The notes under the pieces are model-generated. The model was not told where the DNA came from, made no database searches, and was given only the letters and a program-made list of their open reading frames with translations. The position numbers were made by a program, and so were the translations under genes. This document shows positions 1 to 8,640 of a stretch of 32,000 bases of DNA, one piece after another. Source of the stretch: Erysipelotrichaceae bacterium (GTDB lineage Bacteria > Bacillota_I > Bacilli_A > Erysipelotrichales > Erysipelotrichaceae); the NCBI GenBank assembly GCA_963663995.1, contig OY760660.1, forward strand, positions 1,380,001 through 1,412,000, read 5' to 3'. How positions within the stretch are numbered: the first letter of the stretch is position 1; each line of letters begins with the position of its first letter.

Positions 1-93
1 GATATTAAGTGGTGCTAACTCAATCCCCAATTTTTTCGCTTCATCGGGCATTAAAGCGATCGATGAATCTGCAACAACACATATTCTAGCCAT
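1..93 (-). CDS. DegV family fatty-acid-binding protein, N-terminal fragment (gene continues past the left edge)
   Basis: The minus-strand ATG (93-91) follows an AAGGAGA SD (complement of 102-108) by 8 nt. My translation, MARICVVADSSIALMPDEAKKLGIELAPLNI, matches the usual DegV N-terminus (xxIxIVTDSxxDLP...xGIxVVPLxV pattern). Confidence 0.55.
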   Translation of the reverse strand, partial: MARICVVADSSIALMPDEAKKLGIELAPLNI

Positions 94-121
94 TATGTTA
101 ATCTCCTTGTAATGCTTAAAT

Positions 122-149
122 TTTGACAAATAACATAGTTGTTGTCAAA
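122..149. promoter_or_regulatory. 8-bp inverted repeat TTTGACAA-N12-TTGTCAAA in the degV / CoA-binding divergent region. Each arm reads TTGACA on its own strand.
   Basis: Read directly: arms at 122-129 and 142-149. On each strand TTGACA is followed after 17 nt by TGt+CAAATA / TGt+CAAAAT, an extended -10-like box supplied by the other arm. Confidence 0.3.
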
Positions 150-196
150 TAGCATTATCTTATTATTCTATTCTATTTTAGTGTATTATAGTTTTC

Positions 197-580
197 ATGA
201 ATCCGAAAGAAATATTAAATAACGCAAATACTATTGCCGTCATAGGAATGACAGTTAGAGAAGAGTCTTATGCGAACAAAATTGTTCACAAAATAAGAAG
301 TCTAAACAAAGTTGCTTACCCTGTAAATCCTCGTTATGATTTCCTCTTTGGTGAGGAAATCTATGAGTCCATTGAAAAGTGTCCAAGCATTCCTGATTTA
401 GTGGTCTTTGTCGTTAACCCCCAAATAGGTATTGAATACTTACCTCATATCAAAGAATTAGGTATTAAAAACATCTGGCTACAACCTGGAACGTTCGATG
501 TTGAATTTTTAGAAGAAGCTAAAAACTTACAGTTAAACGCCATTGAAGCCTGTGTCTTGGTTGTTGGGAATTATTTATAA
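197..580 (+). CDS. CoA-binding domain protein (YccU/YneT-like)
   Basis: 127-aa ORF. It has the NTIAVIGMT Rossmann-like start, YPVNP, and the DLVVFVVNP ... WLQPGT motif order typical of the small CoA-binding family. Confidence 0.75.
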   Translation: MNPKEILNNANTIAVIGMTVREESYANKIVHKIRSLNKVAYPVNPRYDFLFGEEIYESIEKCPSIPDLVVFVVNPQIGIEYLPHIKELGIKNIWLQPGTFDVEFLEEAKNLQLNAIEACVLVVGNYL

Positions 581-603
581 ACAGATTTTAAATCTGTTTT
601 TTT
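579..603 (+). terminator. Rho-independent terminator after the CoA-binding gene
   Basis: ACAGAT (581-586) / ATCTGT (592-597) stem, 5-nt loop, then a T-run at 598-603. Confidence 0.7.
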
Positions 604-637
604 ATGAAGCAAAAATGATACTAAAAGTAATTGATTT

Positions 638-646
638 TGTTATATT
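638..646 (+). promoter_or_regulatory. Extended -10 box TGtTATATT, 6 nt upstream of the chrA ATG; no SD present
   Basis: TG at 638-639, TATATT at 641-646, spacer tttcat, ATG at 653. An in-frame TGA at 632-634 prevents any longer ORF. Confidence 0.4.
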
Positions 647-652
647 TTTCAT

Positions 653-1708
653 ATGAAAGAATTATTATTTTTATTTTTACGTTTAGGCTTTTTTGCATTT
701 GGTGGTCCCGCTGCTCACATCGCGATGATGGAACATGAATGTGTTGAAAAGAGAAAATGGTTAAGTGAAGAAGAATTTTTAGATCTCATCTCATTAACTA
801 ATTTAATCCCTGGACCAAACTCAACTGAGATGGTTTTACATATGGGTTATCTCAAGGGAAAAGGCAAAGGCATGTTAGTGGCTGGTTTGTCATTTATCCT
901 ACCTGCAATGTCGATGGTTCTAGCCTTGGCTTATATTTTAAAAACTTACGGAACTTTACCTCAAGTAGAAACAATCCTCTTAGCCATCTCACCTGTCATT
1001 GTTGCGCTAATCGCATCAGTCGGTTATAAACTAGCTCGCAAACAATTGAAGGATATAAAAACTATTTTAGTTTTTAGTTTTGCTATTATTATAAGTTTCT
1101 TTGGACTACAAGAGTTATTAGTATTAGCACTATCTGGTCTACTTTATATTATTGTCGATAAATTCAAATCAAAGACATTGGTTATTGAACCCTTATCTTT
1201 ACTTACATTATTTCTTATCTTTTTAAAAATAGGATCTGTATTATACGGAAGCGGCTATGTACTACTATCCTTTTTAGAAACTGAATTAATGGTCCCAGGT
1301 TATATGAGTTCACAAAGTATCATTGATGCCGTAACAATTGGCCAATTAACGCCTGGTCCAGTCTTTACCACCGCTACTGCGATTGGTTACTTCCTATTAG
1401 ATATTCCAGGGGCAATTCTGTCAACTATCGGTATATTCTTACCTTCATTTCTATTTGTGTTTTTTCTACATCCACTCTTCCCTAAAATTAAACAGAATAG
1501 ATTATTAAGTCACATTCTTGATGGTGTTCGTTTAGGATCATTAGCCTTGATATTTAAAGTTGTTTTCAGCTTAAGCATCACTTCCCATGTTTGGGCAATA
1601 GCCACTTCAATCATTGTATTTACTCTTATGTTAAAGACAAAAATTAACCCAACAATTTATATTTTAGTGATGGGATTGGCTGGTTTTTTATATTCAACCT
1701 TGTTTTAA
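653..1708 (+). CDS. chrA: Chromate ion transporter (CHR/ChrA) family membrane protein
   Basis: 351-aa polytopic ORF. It has the FGGPAAHIAMM ... NLIPGPNSTEM motif and a second GQLTPGPVFTTAT half, the two-CHR-domain signature. Confidence 0.8.
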   Translation: MKELLFLFLRLGFFAFGGPAAHIAMMEHECVEKRKWLSEEEFLDLISLTNLIPGPNSTEMVLHMGYLKGKGKGMLVAGLSFILPAMSMVLALAYILKTYGTLPQVETILLAISPVIVALIASVGYKLARKQLKDIKTILVFSFAIIISFFGLQELLVLALSGLLYIIVDKFKSKTLVIEPLSLLTLFLIFLKIGSVLYGSGYVLLSFLETELMVPGYMSSQSIIDAVTIGQLTPGPVFTTATAIGYFLLDIPGAILSTIGIFLPSFLFVFFLHPLFPKIKQNRLLSHILDGVRLGSLALIFKVVFSLSITSHVWAIATSIIVFTLMLKTKINPTIYILVMGLAGFLYSTLF

Positions 1709-1752
1709 ATAAGCAAATTGAAAGTTTATATCTTTCTGCCTTTTAAAGTTGA

Positions 1753-3186
<1,434 letters not shown>

Positions 3187-3194
3187 TCTAAATT

Positions 3195-3222
3195 AGACAT
3201 CCCCTATGGATGTCTTTTTTTT
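3195..3222 (+). terminator. Rho-independent terminator after bglA
   Basis: AGACATCC (3195-3202) / GGATGTCT (3208-3215) stem followed by a T8 run. Confidence 0.8.
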
Positions 3223-3259
3223 GGTATGATGTGTTTACATTTTATAAGGGAGTCAAACT

Positions 3260-4303
3260 ATGATAAAGTTCACCGAAGTTCACTTCATAAAAAATGATTA
3301 TTCTCAAATCACTAAATACCTTGAGAATGAGATTGTTGTTTTTTTAGGTGGTGAAACTGCTTTAGCAAAGTTGATGCCTAAACTTGAAAAGCACCTGAAT
3401 AATTCAACCTATACAAGAAAAATCTATGGTAAAGAATGTACCCATGCCAATGCTGATAAATATAAGATTGATCAGGATGTTTTAGATGCTACTGTGATTG
3501 TGGCTGTCGGTGGTGGAAAAGCTATTGATCAAGCTAAATATATTGCGAAAGATTTAGGAAAGAAATTATACACAATTCCAACCATTGCATCGACTTGTGC
3601 AGCAACTTCATCTGTATCTGTTGTATATGATGAGTCCCATCACTATGTCGGTGTCATGCAGTATGAAACTGCTCCGGATATCTGTTTTATTCCATTGAAT
3701 ATCATTGCTGAAGCACCTTATAAATATTTATGGGCTGGGATTGGTGATACAATTGCCAAACCCATTGAAATGGATATGACATTAAGACACAGAGAACAAA
3801 GTGTAAATATGCAATTAGCTCGTGCTTTAACACCTTTATGTTTAAGCGAATGTTTAAACTATGGAGAAGAAGCTTTAATGTCTGTTAGAAAACAAGAAGT
3901 TTCATTAGCATTAGAACATCTTGCTTATGCGATTATTGCCAACACTGGCTTTGCATCATGTTTAATGCATTTACGATATGGAACAAATCTTGCTCATTCA
4001 ATACATAACGCATTAGTCAGTTATCCACAAATCCATGATCATCATATCCATGGAGAGATTGTTTCTTATGGTTTATTAGTTTTATTACAAATGGATCATA
4101 ATGAAAAAGTTCATCAAGAGCTCACTGATTTCTATCATAGGATTAAACTACCAACGAAGTTGAAAGACCTAGACATGTCTAATGATAATAAAATGTTAGA
4201 TGAGATTGTTATCGGGACATTAGAAGATGAGTTCTTAGTAGAATCTTGTTATCCAATTACATTTGAGATGGTAAAAGAAGCCTTATTAAAACAAGAAAGT
4301 TAA
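3260..4303 (+). CDS. Iron-containing alcohol dehydrogenase family, glycerol dehydrogenase (GldA)-like oxidoreductase
   Basis: VAVGGGKAIDQAKYIA nucleotide-binding motif, AGIGDTIAKPIE (GldA metal Asp region), and HSIHNAL ... HGEIVSYG His ligands. AAGGGAG SD. Confidence 0.75.
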   Translation: MIKFTEVHFIKNDYSQITKYLENEIVVFLGGETALAKLMPKLEKHLNNSTYTRKIYGKECTHANADKYKIDQDVLDATVIVAVGGGKAIDQAKYIAKDLGKKLYTIPTIASTCAATSSVSVVYDESHHYVGVMQYETAPDICFIPLNIIAEAPYKYLWAGIGDTIAKPIEMDMTLRHREQSVNMQLARALTPLCLSECLNYGEEALMSVRKQEVSLALEHLAYAIIANTGFASCLMHLRYGTNLAHSIHNALVSYPQIHDHHIHGEIVSYGLLVLLQMDHNEKVHQELTDFYHRIKLPTKLKDLDMSNDNKMLDEIVIGTLEDEFLVESCYPITFEMVKEALLKQES

Positions 4304-4348
4304 AAGGAGCAATTGTTGGTTCTACTTAGAGAATCGAGACTTATACAC
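4304..4348. repeat. Left arm of a long imperfect inverted repeat (core 4304-4340, weaker extension to 4348)
   Basis: AAGGAGCAATTGTTGGTTCTACTTAGAGAATCGAGAC matches the reverse complement of 4871-4905 except for a 2-nt indel and one A/G mismatch. The extensions TTATACAC / TTATGCAC also match. Confidence 0.85.
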
Positions 4349-4459
4349 AGATATTTTTTAAAATATAAATATTGATAAAGAGTTTTGAATGAGTAAATAA
4401 AATAAAAACAACAATTCTATTGATTGTCGCTTTAATGAATTAAGTACTAGATAATTTGA

Positions 4460-4585
4460 CTATTTCCCCTTATTATTAATTTCTTGGTTAGCTTCAATGA
4501 TTGCTGACTTGATTACGTACTTTAAAACAATCATTGATATCCCAAAGTAAATGAAGCCTAATACGCTTGAAACAAAAAATTCCAT
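4460..4585 (-). CDS. Candidate 41-aa hydrophobic micro-protein (MEFFVSSVLGFIYFGISMIVLKYVIKSAIIEANQEINNKGK), unannotatable
   Basis: ATG at 4585-4583, 5 nt after a GGGGGAGA SD (complement of 4591-4598). Perfect TATAAT about 45 nt upstream (complement of 4633-4638). Weak A/T-rich hairpin + T-run downstream (4401-4427). One predicted TM helix plus a charged tail. It is below the ORF-track length cutoff. Confidence 0.35.
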   Translation of the reverse strand: MEFFVSSVLGFIYFGISMIVLKYVIKSAIIEANQEINNKGK

Positions 4586-4632
4586 CAATTTCTCCCCCGA
4601 CTTTTATGAATTGTGGTTACTATTTCTTTTTT

Positions 4633-4638
4633 ATTATA
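4633..4638 (-). promoter_or_regulatory. Perfect TATAAT -10 hexamer upstream of the micro-ORF
   Basis: The minus strand reads ...gttaatagacgTATAATaaaaaagaaatag... I found no good -35. Confidence 0.3.
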
Positions 4639-4791
4639 CGTCTATTAACTATTAACAATTTATTAAAATATGTTTTGCAGATTCTTAAATTAGTCAGGGT
4701 ACATTATAACTATCCTTTAAACAAAAAGACACTACATAAAATTTAATATAGTAGAAATCATTTCTCGAAAGAACCATAATTTAGCAAATAT

Positions 4792-4816
4792 AAAACCGAG
4801 CAACTAACTCGGCTTT
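4792..4816 (-). terminator. Probable murQ terminator, located inside the IR-bounded module
   Basis: The minus strand reads AAAGCCGAG-ttagttg-CTCGGTTTT followed by atattt: a 9-bp stem with one G-U pair. Confidence 0.5.
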
Positions 4817-4861
4817 GTTGCATAAAAATGCTTCAATATAATCCATTAAAATATCTTTAAG

Positions 4862-4905
4862 GTGCATAAGGTCCCGATTCTCTAAGTAGAACCCAATTGC
4901 TCCTT
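4862..4905. repeat. Right arm of the long inverted repeat; it overlaps the murQ stop codon
   Basis: The reverse complement of 4871-4905 is AAGGAGCAATTGGGTTCTACTTAGAGAATCGGGAC. See the left arm. Confidence 0.85.
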
Positions 4906-5800
4906 ATTTTTTTATCGCTTGTCTAACAAAGCCATTTGCTTTCTCTAGCTGTTGCTCTGCTTTAATAGAATCACATCGATTAAGAATCATCAGTATTGCA
5001 ACTTTAGGACGATAATCACTTTGAATTAGTTTGTCTTCTGCTTCATGATAATCACAATCAGTTGCTTCCATAATAATTCGTTTTGCTCGATCAACAAGTT
5101 TAACATTTGTCGGATTAACATCTACCATCAGGTTTGAATAAGCTTTACCTAATCCAATCATCGTTGCCGTAGAAATCATATTTAAAACCATTTTTTGGGC
5201 TGTTCCAGATTTTAGTCGTGTAGATCCTGTTAATACTTCTGGTCCCACCGCAACCTCAATCGCATACTCAGCTCGTTTTCCCATCTCTGTTTCTTTATTA
5301 CAAGCGATGGCGATTGTGTGTGCACCTAAAGATTCCGCATAATCAATCCCCCCTAGACAATAAGGAGTTCTTCCGCTTGCCGCAACAGCTATAGCAACAT
5401 CATTCTTATTGAAGTTAAGAGCTTTGAGTTCTTCTATACAAAGTTCACTCGAATCTTCAGCATGTTCAATTGAAGATCTTAACGCATCATCACCACCTGC
5501 CACTAAACCAATAAAATCTGTACTCGATGAAAAAGTTGGTGGTATTTCTGAAGCATCTAAAACCGCTAATCTTCCACTGGTTCCAGCTCCAAAAACAATG
5601 ACTCGTCCATGATTATTAATCTGTTCAATAATCATGTCGACAGCCTTCGCAATAGTTTCAAGTTCATTGTGGACTGCCTTCGCTACCTTCTTGTCTTCCT
5701 CGTTCATCAACGTTACTATCTCTAGACTATTGAGTTGATCTAGATTCATTGACTTGGGATTACGTGATTCTGTTTTTAGTTTGTGTAGTGTATTGTTCAT
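4904..5800 (-). CDS. murQ: N-acetylmuramic acid 6-phosphate etherase
   Basis: SIS-domain protein with LKTESRNPKSMNLD, GAGTSGRLAVLDASEIPPTF and the GSTRLKSGTAQK motifs characteristic of MurQ. Confidence 0.9.
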   Translation of the reverse strand: MNNTLHKLKTESRNPKSMNLDQLNSLEIVTLMNEEDKKVAKAVHNELETIAKAVDMIIEQINNHGRVIVFGAGTSGRLAVLDASEIPPTFSSSTDFIGLVAGGDDALRSSIEHAEDSSELCIEELKALNFNKNDVAIAVAASGRTPYCLGGIDYAESLGAHTIAIACNKETEMGKRAEYAIEVAVGPEVLTGSTRLKSGTAQKMVLNMISTATMIGLGKAYSNLMVDVNPTNVKLVDRAKRIIMEATDCDYHEAEDKLIQSDYRPKVAILMILNRCDSIKAEQQLEKANGFVRQAIKK

Positions 5801-5806
5801 AATTCT

Positions 5807-5812
5807 ATTGTA
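5807..5812 (-). promoter_or_regulatory. TACAAT -10-like hexamer 6 nt upstream of the SD-less murQ ATG
   Basis: The minus strand reads ttttttttgtttaagagTACAATagaattATG, directly downstream of the IIA terminator. Confidence 0.3.
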
Positions 5813-5821
5813 CTCTTAAAC

Positions 5822-5853
5822 AAAAAAAAGAGAATTCCAATGAAGGAATTCTC
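5822..5853 (-). terminator. Rho-independent terminator after the PTS IIA gene
   Basis: GAGAATTCC / GGAATTCTC 9-bp stem (5830-5838 / 5845-5853) followed on the minus strand by T8 (complement of 5822-5829). Confidence 0.8.
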
Positions 5854-5877
5854 TCTCTTTAATTTCTTAATTTAAAA

Positions 5878-6189
5878 TTAAGCTTCGATTTTTTTATAAA
5901 CGTCGATCATTTCTTCAGCTAATAGCTTGAAAACTTCTGCGCTCATAACTTGGTCTTCTGCGTGGATAAGTAGAATGTTTGCACCTACTTCTTCACCAGC
6001 AGCGAATTTTTGAATTAAATCAGCATGTACGTGATGTGCTTCAGTAAAAGCTTCGTCACCTTGTTTGATTAATTCTTTTGCGTCGTCATAACGACCTTCT
6101 TTAGCAGCTTGCAATGCTTCAACGTATGAAGAACGTGCTGTACCGGCTGCTGCGATAATTTGAAAACTAACGAGTTCTAAACCTTCCAT
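5878..6189 (-). CDS. PTS lactose/cellobiose-family EIIA component
   Basis: 103 aa. FQIIAAAGTARS ... EAHHVHADLIQ ... LLIHAEDQVMSAE is the helical-bundle IIA(Lac/Cel) pattern with the phosphorylatable His region. AAGGAG SD. Confidence 0.9.
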   Translation of the reverse strand: MEGLELVSFQIIAAAGTARSSYVEALQAAKEGRYDDAKELIKQGDEAFTEAHHVHADLIQKFAAGEEVGANILLIHAEDQVMSAEVFKLLAEEMIDVYKKIEA

Positions 6190-6191
6190 GT

Positions 6192-7292
6192 CTACTCCTT
6201 TATCTTGAATGAAATTCCACTATATTTTACTTGCTTAAGCAATCGTTGACAAGAAGGTTTTACCATTCCGACACAATTTGCCAAAGTAGATGGAGCTAAA
6301 TCTCTTAATGTTATTTGTAATTCACCCTCATATCGTTCTGCGTTTTCGTTATCAAGGGTAATTGTCCCAAAAGGTCTATTAATACAATTTTGAGCACTTA
6401 CCTTCACTTTTTTTCGTGTACTTGTACTACGAATTAAGGTTGAAGCAACATCTAAACGATTTTTATGAAGAATATTAGTAATTAAATCTCTTTGATTTTC
6501 ATCTAAATCTTCATCTAACCAAGCATCAATACTACAGTATGGATTCATAAAACAATCTGCGACAGATTTTAAATCACGATACGAAGGATATGAGTCTCCA
6601 AACATGATGATGTCATAGGCATCCGTATTTCTTAACTCTTCAAATGCAATATGAGGTGGAAGATATCTTTGATCTTCTATTGTACAGACCCCATTACTAT
6701 ATTTGCTTAAACTGTGTGGAGAGGATTGAGAGGTTATAAAGATACCGACTGAATAACCCATTTCAATGAATTCTTGACTTAAAACTTCAGTCTCATCAAA
6801 ATCAAGACCAGTATCATTGTGTGGGAAAAAATTATGACAGAAACGGTATTGTTGTGGATTGCCCTTTTCTAAGATTAAACGAGCACGCTTATACACACTC
6901 TCATCAGAAATAGGATTATCTTCAATGATGATGTCTAATTTATTTAAACTTAATTGGACCGTTTCTTCTTCAGAAAAACCAAAATCTAGACGTAGTACAT
7001 CTACACCTAGATCTTTTAGTTTTTTCATATTATCAACAGTTGCGCCAATTTCTTCAAATATTTCCCGGTTAATATCGGCATGGATTTTGAAGTTTAATTG
7101 ATGTGCATAATTTGTTATTTCTTGATAATCTTCAAGTTGAAAATCACTATTTTGAAAACCAAGATTTGAAAGTTGCAAAGAGGTAAAAACTCGTGAATAG
7201 CCTAAATCAGACGCCTGTTTAAGCTGAAGCTTAATCTCATCGATTGAATTAAATTGTGGATAAACACTTAAACCTATTTCACACTTTCTCAT
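6192..7292 (-). CDS. mupG: DUF871 / MupG-like 6-phospho-N-acetylmuramidase family protein
   Basis: 366 aa. N-terminal (beta/alpha)-barrel-like GLSVYP ... GYSRVFTSL start typical of DUF871 ('outer surface protein'). Context next to murQ and a PTS IIA. AAGGAG SD. Confidence 0.7.
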   Translation of the reverse strand: MRKCEIGLSVYPQFNSIDEIKLQLKQASDLGYSRVFTSLQLSNLGFQNSDFQLEDYQEITNYAHQLNFKIHADINREIFEEIGATVDNMKKLKDLGVDVLRLDFGFSEEETVQLSLNKLDIIIEDNPISDESVYKRARLILEKGNPQQYRFCHNFFPHNDTGLDFDETEVLSQEFIEMGYSVGIFITSQSSPHSLSKYSNGVCTIEDQRYLPPHIAFEELRNTDAYDIIMFGDSYPSYRDLKSVADCFMNPYCSIDAWLDEDLDENQRDLITNILHKNRLDVASTLIRSTSTRKKVKVSAQNCINRPFGTITLDNENAERYEGELQITLRDLAPSTLANCVGMVKPSCQRLLKQVKYSGISFKIKE

Positions 7293-7303
7293 AAATACTC
7301 CTT

Positions 7304-8596
7304 CTAGATGCCTACTCTCTTAAAGATAGCATCTACTTCTCGTAAGTAGAAGTCTACATCAAAGCTAGCATCTAATTCTGCTTGAGTAAAAGCAGTTTTA
7401 ACGCGATCACTATTTTCGAGTAATGTTTTGAAATCTTTTTTATTTGTCCATGCATCCATTGCGATTGGTTGTATCATGTCATAGGCTTCTTCACGTACCC
7501 AACCTTTTTCATCAATCAATACATTCATAATACGTTGGGCAAAGATAACGCCATGCGTTAATCCAATATTCGCTAACATACGATCTTCAAATAAACCAAT
7601 ATTCTTCATTAAACCAATCATACGATTTAAAGCATAGTCTAGTAAAATCGTCGCATCAGGCATAATGATTCTTTCAACAGATGAGTGTGATATGTCTCTC
7701 TCATGCCACAGAGGAATGTTTTCATACGCCGCTAACATATATCCACGAATGACACGTGATGCACCAGTGATATTTTCAAAGGAAATTGGGTTACGTTTAT
7801 GTGGCATTGCGCTAGATCCTTTTTGACCTTTCGCAAAACCTTCTTCAACTTCACGAACTTCTGTTCTTTGAAGATGTCTCATTTCAACTGAGATTTTTTC
7901 TAATGTTCCAGCAATTAAAGCTAAGCTAGATAAATAGAAAGCATGGCGATCACGTTGTAATGTTTGGGTTGAAATCTTGGCAGAGTTAATGCCTAACAAT
8001 TTACATGTTTCGTCTTGTAGAGGAATTCCTGTATAAACATGATTTCCTACTGCTCCTGAAATTTTACCAGTTTCAACATCAGCTGCCGCCATTTCAAAAC
8101 GTTCAATTTGACGATTAATTTCTTCCACCCATAATGCAAACTTTAAACCGAAACTTGTGATTTCAGCATGGACACCGTGAGTACGTCCAATACATGGGAA
8201 ATGTTTCGTTTGATTCGCTTTTTCAATTAAAACTTCTTTAAGTTGTTTTAAATCTTCTCTAATAATATTATTAGCTTCTTTATATAAAAGCGCATAGGAT
8301 GTATCGACAACATCGGTTGATGTTAAACCATAATGAATCCAACGCTTTTCTTCACCTAAGCTTTCAGATACACAACGGGTAAAGGCGACGACATCATGTC
8401 TAGTTGTTTTTTCAATTTCTTCGATTCGTTCAATATTGAAAGTCGCTTTGCGGAGTTTCTCCATTTCATCATCAGTGATTTTTCCTTGTTGATGATACAC
8501 TTCACAAACAGCTAATTCGACTTTTAACCAAGCCTCAAACTTTGCCTGTTCGCTCCATACATTCTGCATTACTTCTCTTGAATATCTCTCTATCAT
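7304..8596 (-). CDS. purB: Adenylosuccinate lyase
   Basis: MIERYSREVM start, TSTDV, and the GSSAMPHKRNP fumarate-lyase signature. Confidence 0.95.
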   Translation of the reverse strand: MIERYSREVMQNVWSEQAKFEAWLKVELAVCEVYHQQGKITDDEMEKLRKATFNIERIEEIEKTTRHDVVAFTRCVSESLGEEKRWIHYGLTSTDVVDTSYALLYKEANNIIREDLKQLKEVLIEKANQTKHFPCIGRTHGVHAEITSFGLKFALWVEEINRQIERFEMAAADVETGKISGAVGNHVYTGIPLQDETCKLLGINSAKISTQTLQRDRHAFYLSSLALIAGTLEKISVEMRHLQRTEVREVEEGFAKGQKGSSAMPHKRNPISFENITGASRVIRGYMLAAYENIPLWHERDISHSSVERIIMPDATILLDYALNRMIGLMKNIGLFEDRMLANIGLTHGVIFAQRIMNVLIDEKGWVREEAYDMIQPIAMDAWTNKKDFKTLLENSDRVKTAFTQAELDASFDVDFYLREVDAIFKRVGI

Positions 8597-8622
8597 ACTT
8601 GCCTTTCTATAAGCGTTCTATA

Positions 8623-8631
8623 TGCTATACT
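8623..8631 (+). promoter_or_regulatory. Extended -10 box TGcTATACT, 9 nt upstream of the SD-less yigZ ATG
   Basis: TG at 8623-8624, TATACT at 8626-8631, spacer ttagacgct, ATG at 8641. Confidence 0.4.
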
Positions 8632-8640
8632 TTAGACGCT

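Noticed and set aside
4341-4349. DnaA-box-like 9-mers: TTATACACA (4341-4349, matches TTATNCACA) at the inner edge of the left IR arm, and perfect TGTGGATAA boxes at 7255-7263 and 14423-14431. I asked whether the AT-rich 0.6-kb region could be an oriC.
   Set aside because: There are only isolated boxes, and two of the three lie inside coding sequence. My rough expectation for a perfect 9-mer in 64 kb of AT-rich sequence is about 0.4, so two hits are not significant. There is no box cluster, no adjacent dnaA/dnaN, and the region lies between convergent genes.
4313-4375. A possible 20-codon ORF (TTG TTG GTT CTA ... TAT TGA) starting just after the AAGGAG at the outer edge of the left IR arm. This could suggest the arms are duplicated gene starts.
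   Set aside because: The right arm carries a 2-nt deletion that changes the frame and gives a stop after 4 codons (TTG GGT TCT ACT TAG). The repeat is therefore conserved as nucleotide sequence, not as coding sequence.
5409-5612. Short ORFs from the six-frame track lying antisense to, or nested inside, well-supported genes: 5409-5612, 6859-7101, 8756-8944, 9692-9931, 9784-9972, 11100-11354, 12548-12775, 15049-15348, 17079-17273, 18121-18345, 18349-18537, 18867-19106, 21990-22373, 24839-25063, 25801-25989, 26912-27103 and 27766-27966.
   Set aside because: All are fully overlapped by longer ORFs with clear family signatures. They have low-complexity or Ser/Leu/Phe-rich translations typical of antisense frames in AT-rich DNA, and none has an SD or promoter.
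7060-7073. ATTTCCCGGTTAAT, a 12/14 match to the B. subtilis Noc-binding site consensus ATTTCCCGGGAAAT.
   Set aside because: It is a single occurrence inside the mupG-like coding sequence, the palindrome is broken in the right half, and the specificity of this organism's Noc-like protein is unknown.
8542-8640. Longer N-terminal extensions offered by the ORF track: yigZ from 8542, the HxlR gene from 9224, rnmV from 16395, mnmE from 19390, the permease from 26613, noc from the GTG at 21755 and GntR from the TTG at 25391.
   Set aside because: The extensions overlap the neighbouring gene or a terminator hairpin, add residues absent from family N-termini, and lack an SD. In most cases the internal ATGs chosen have an SD or match the orthologous N-terminus.
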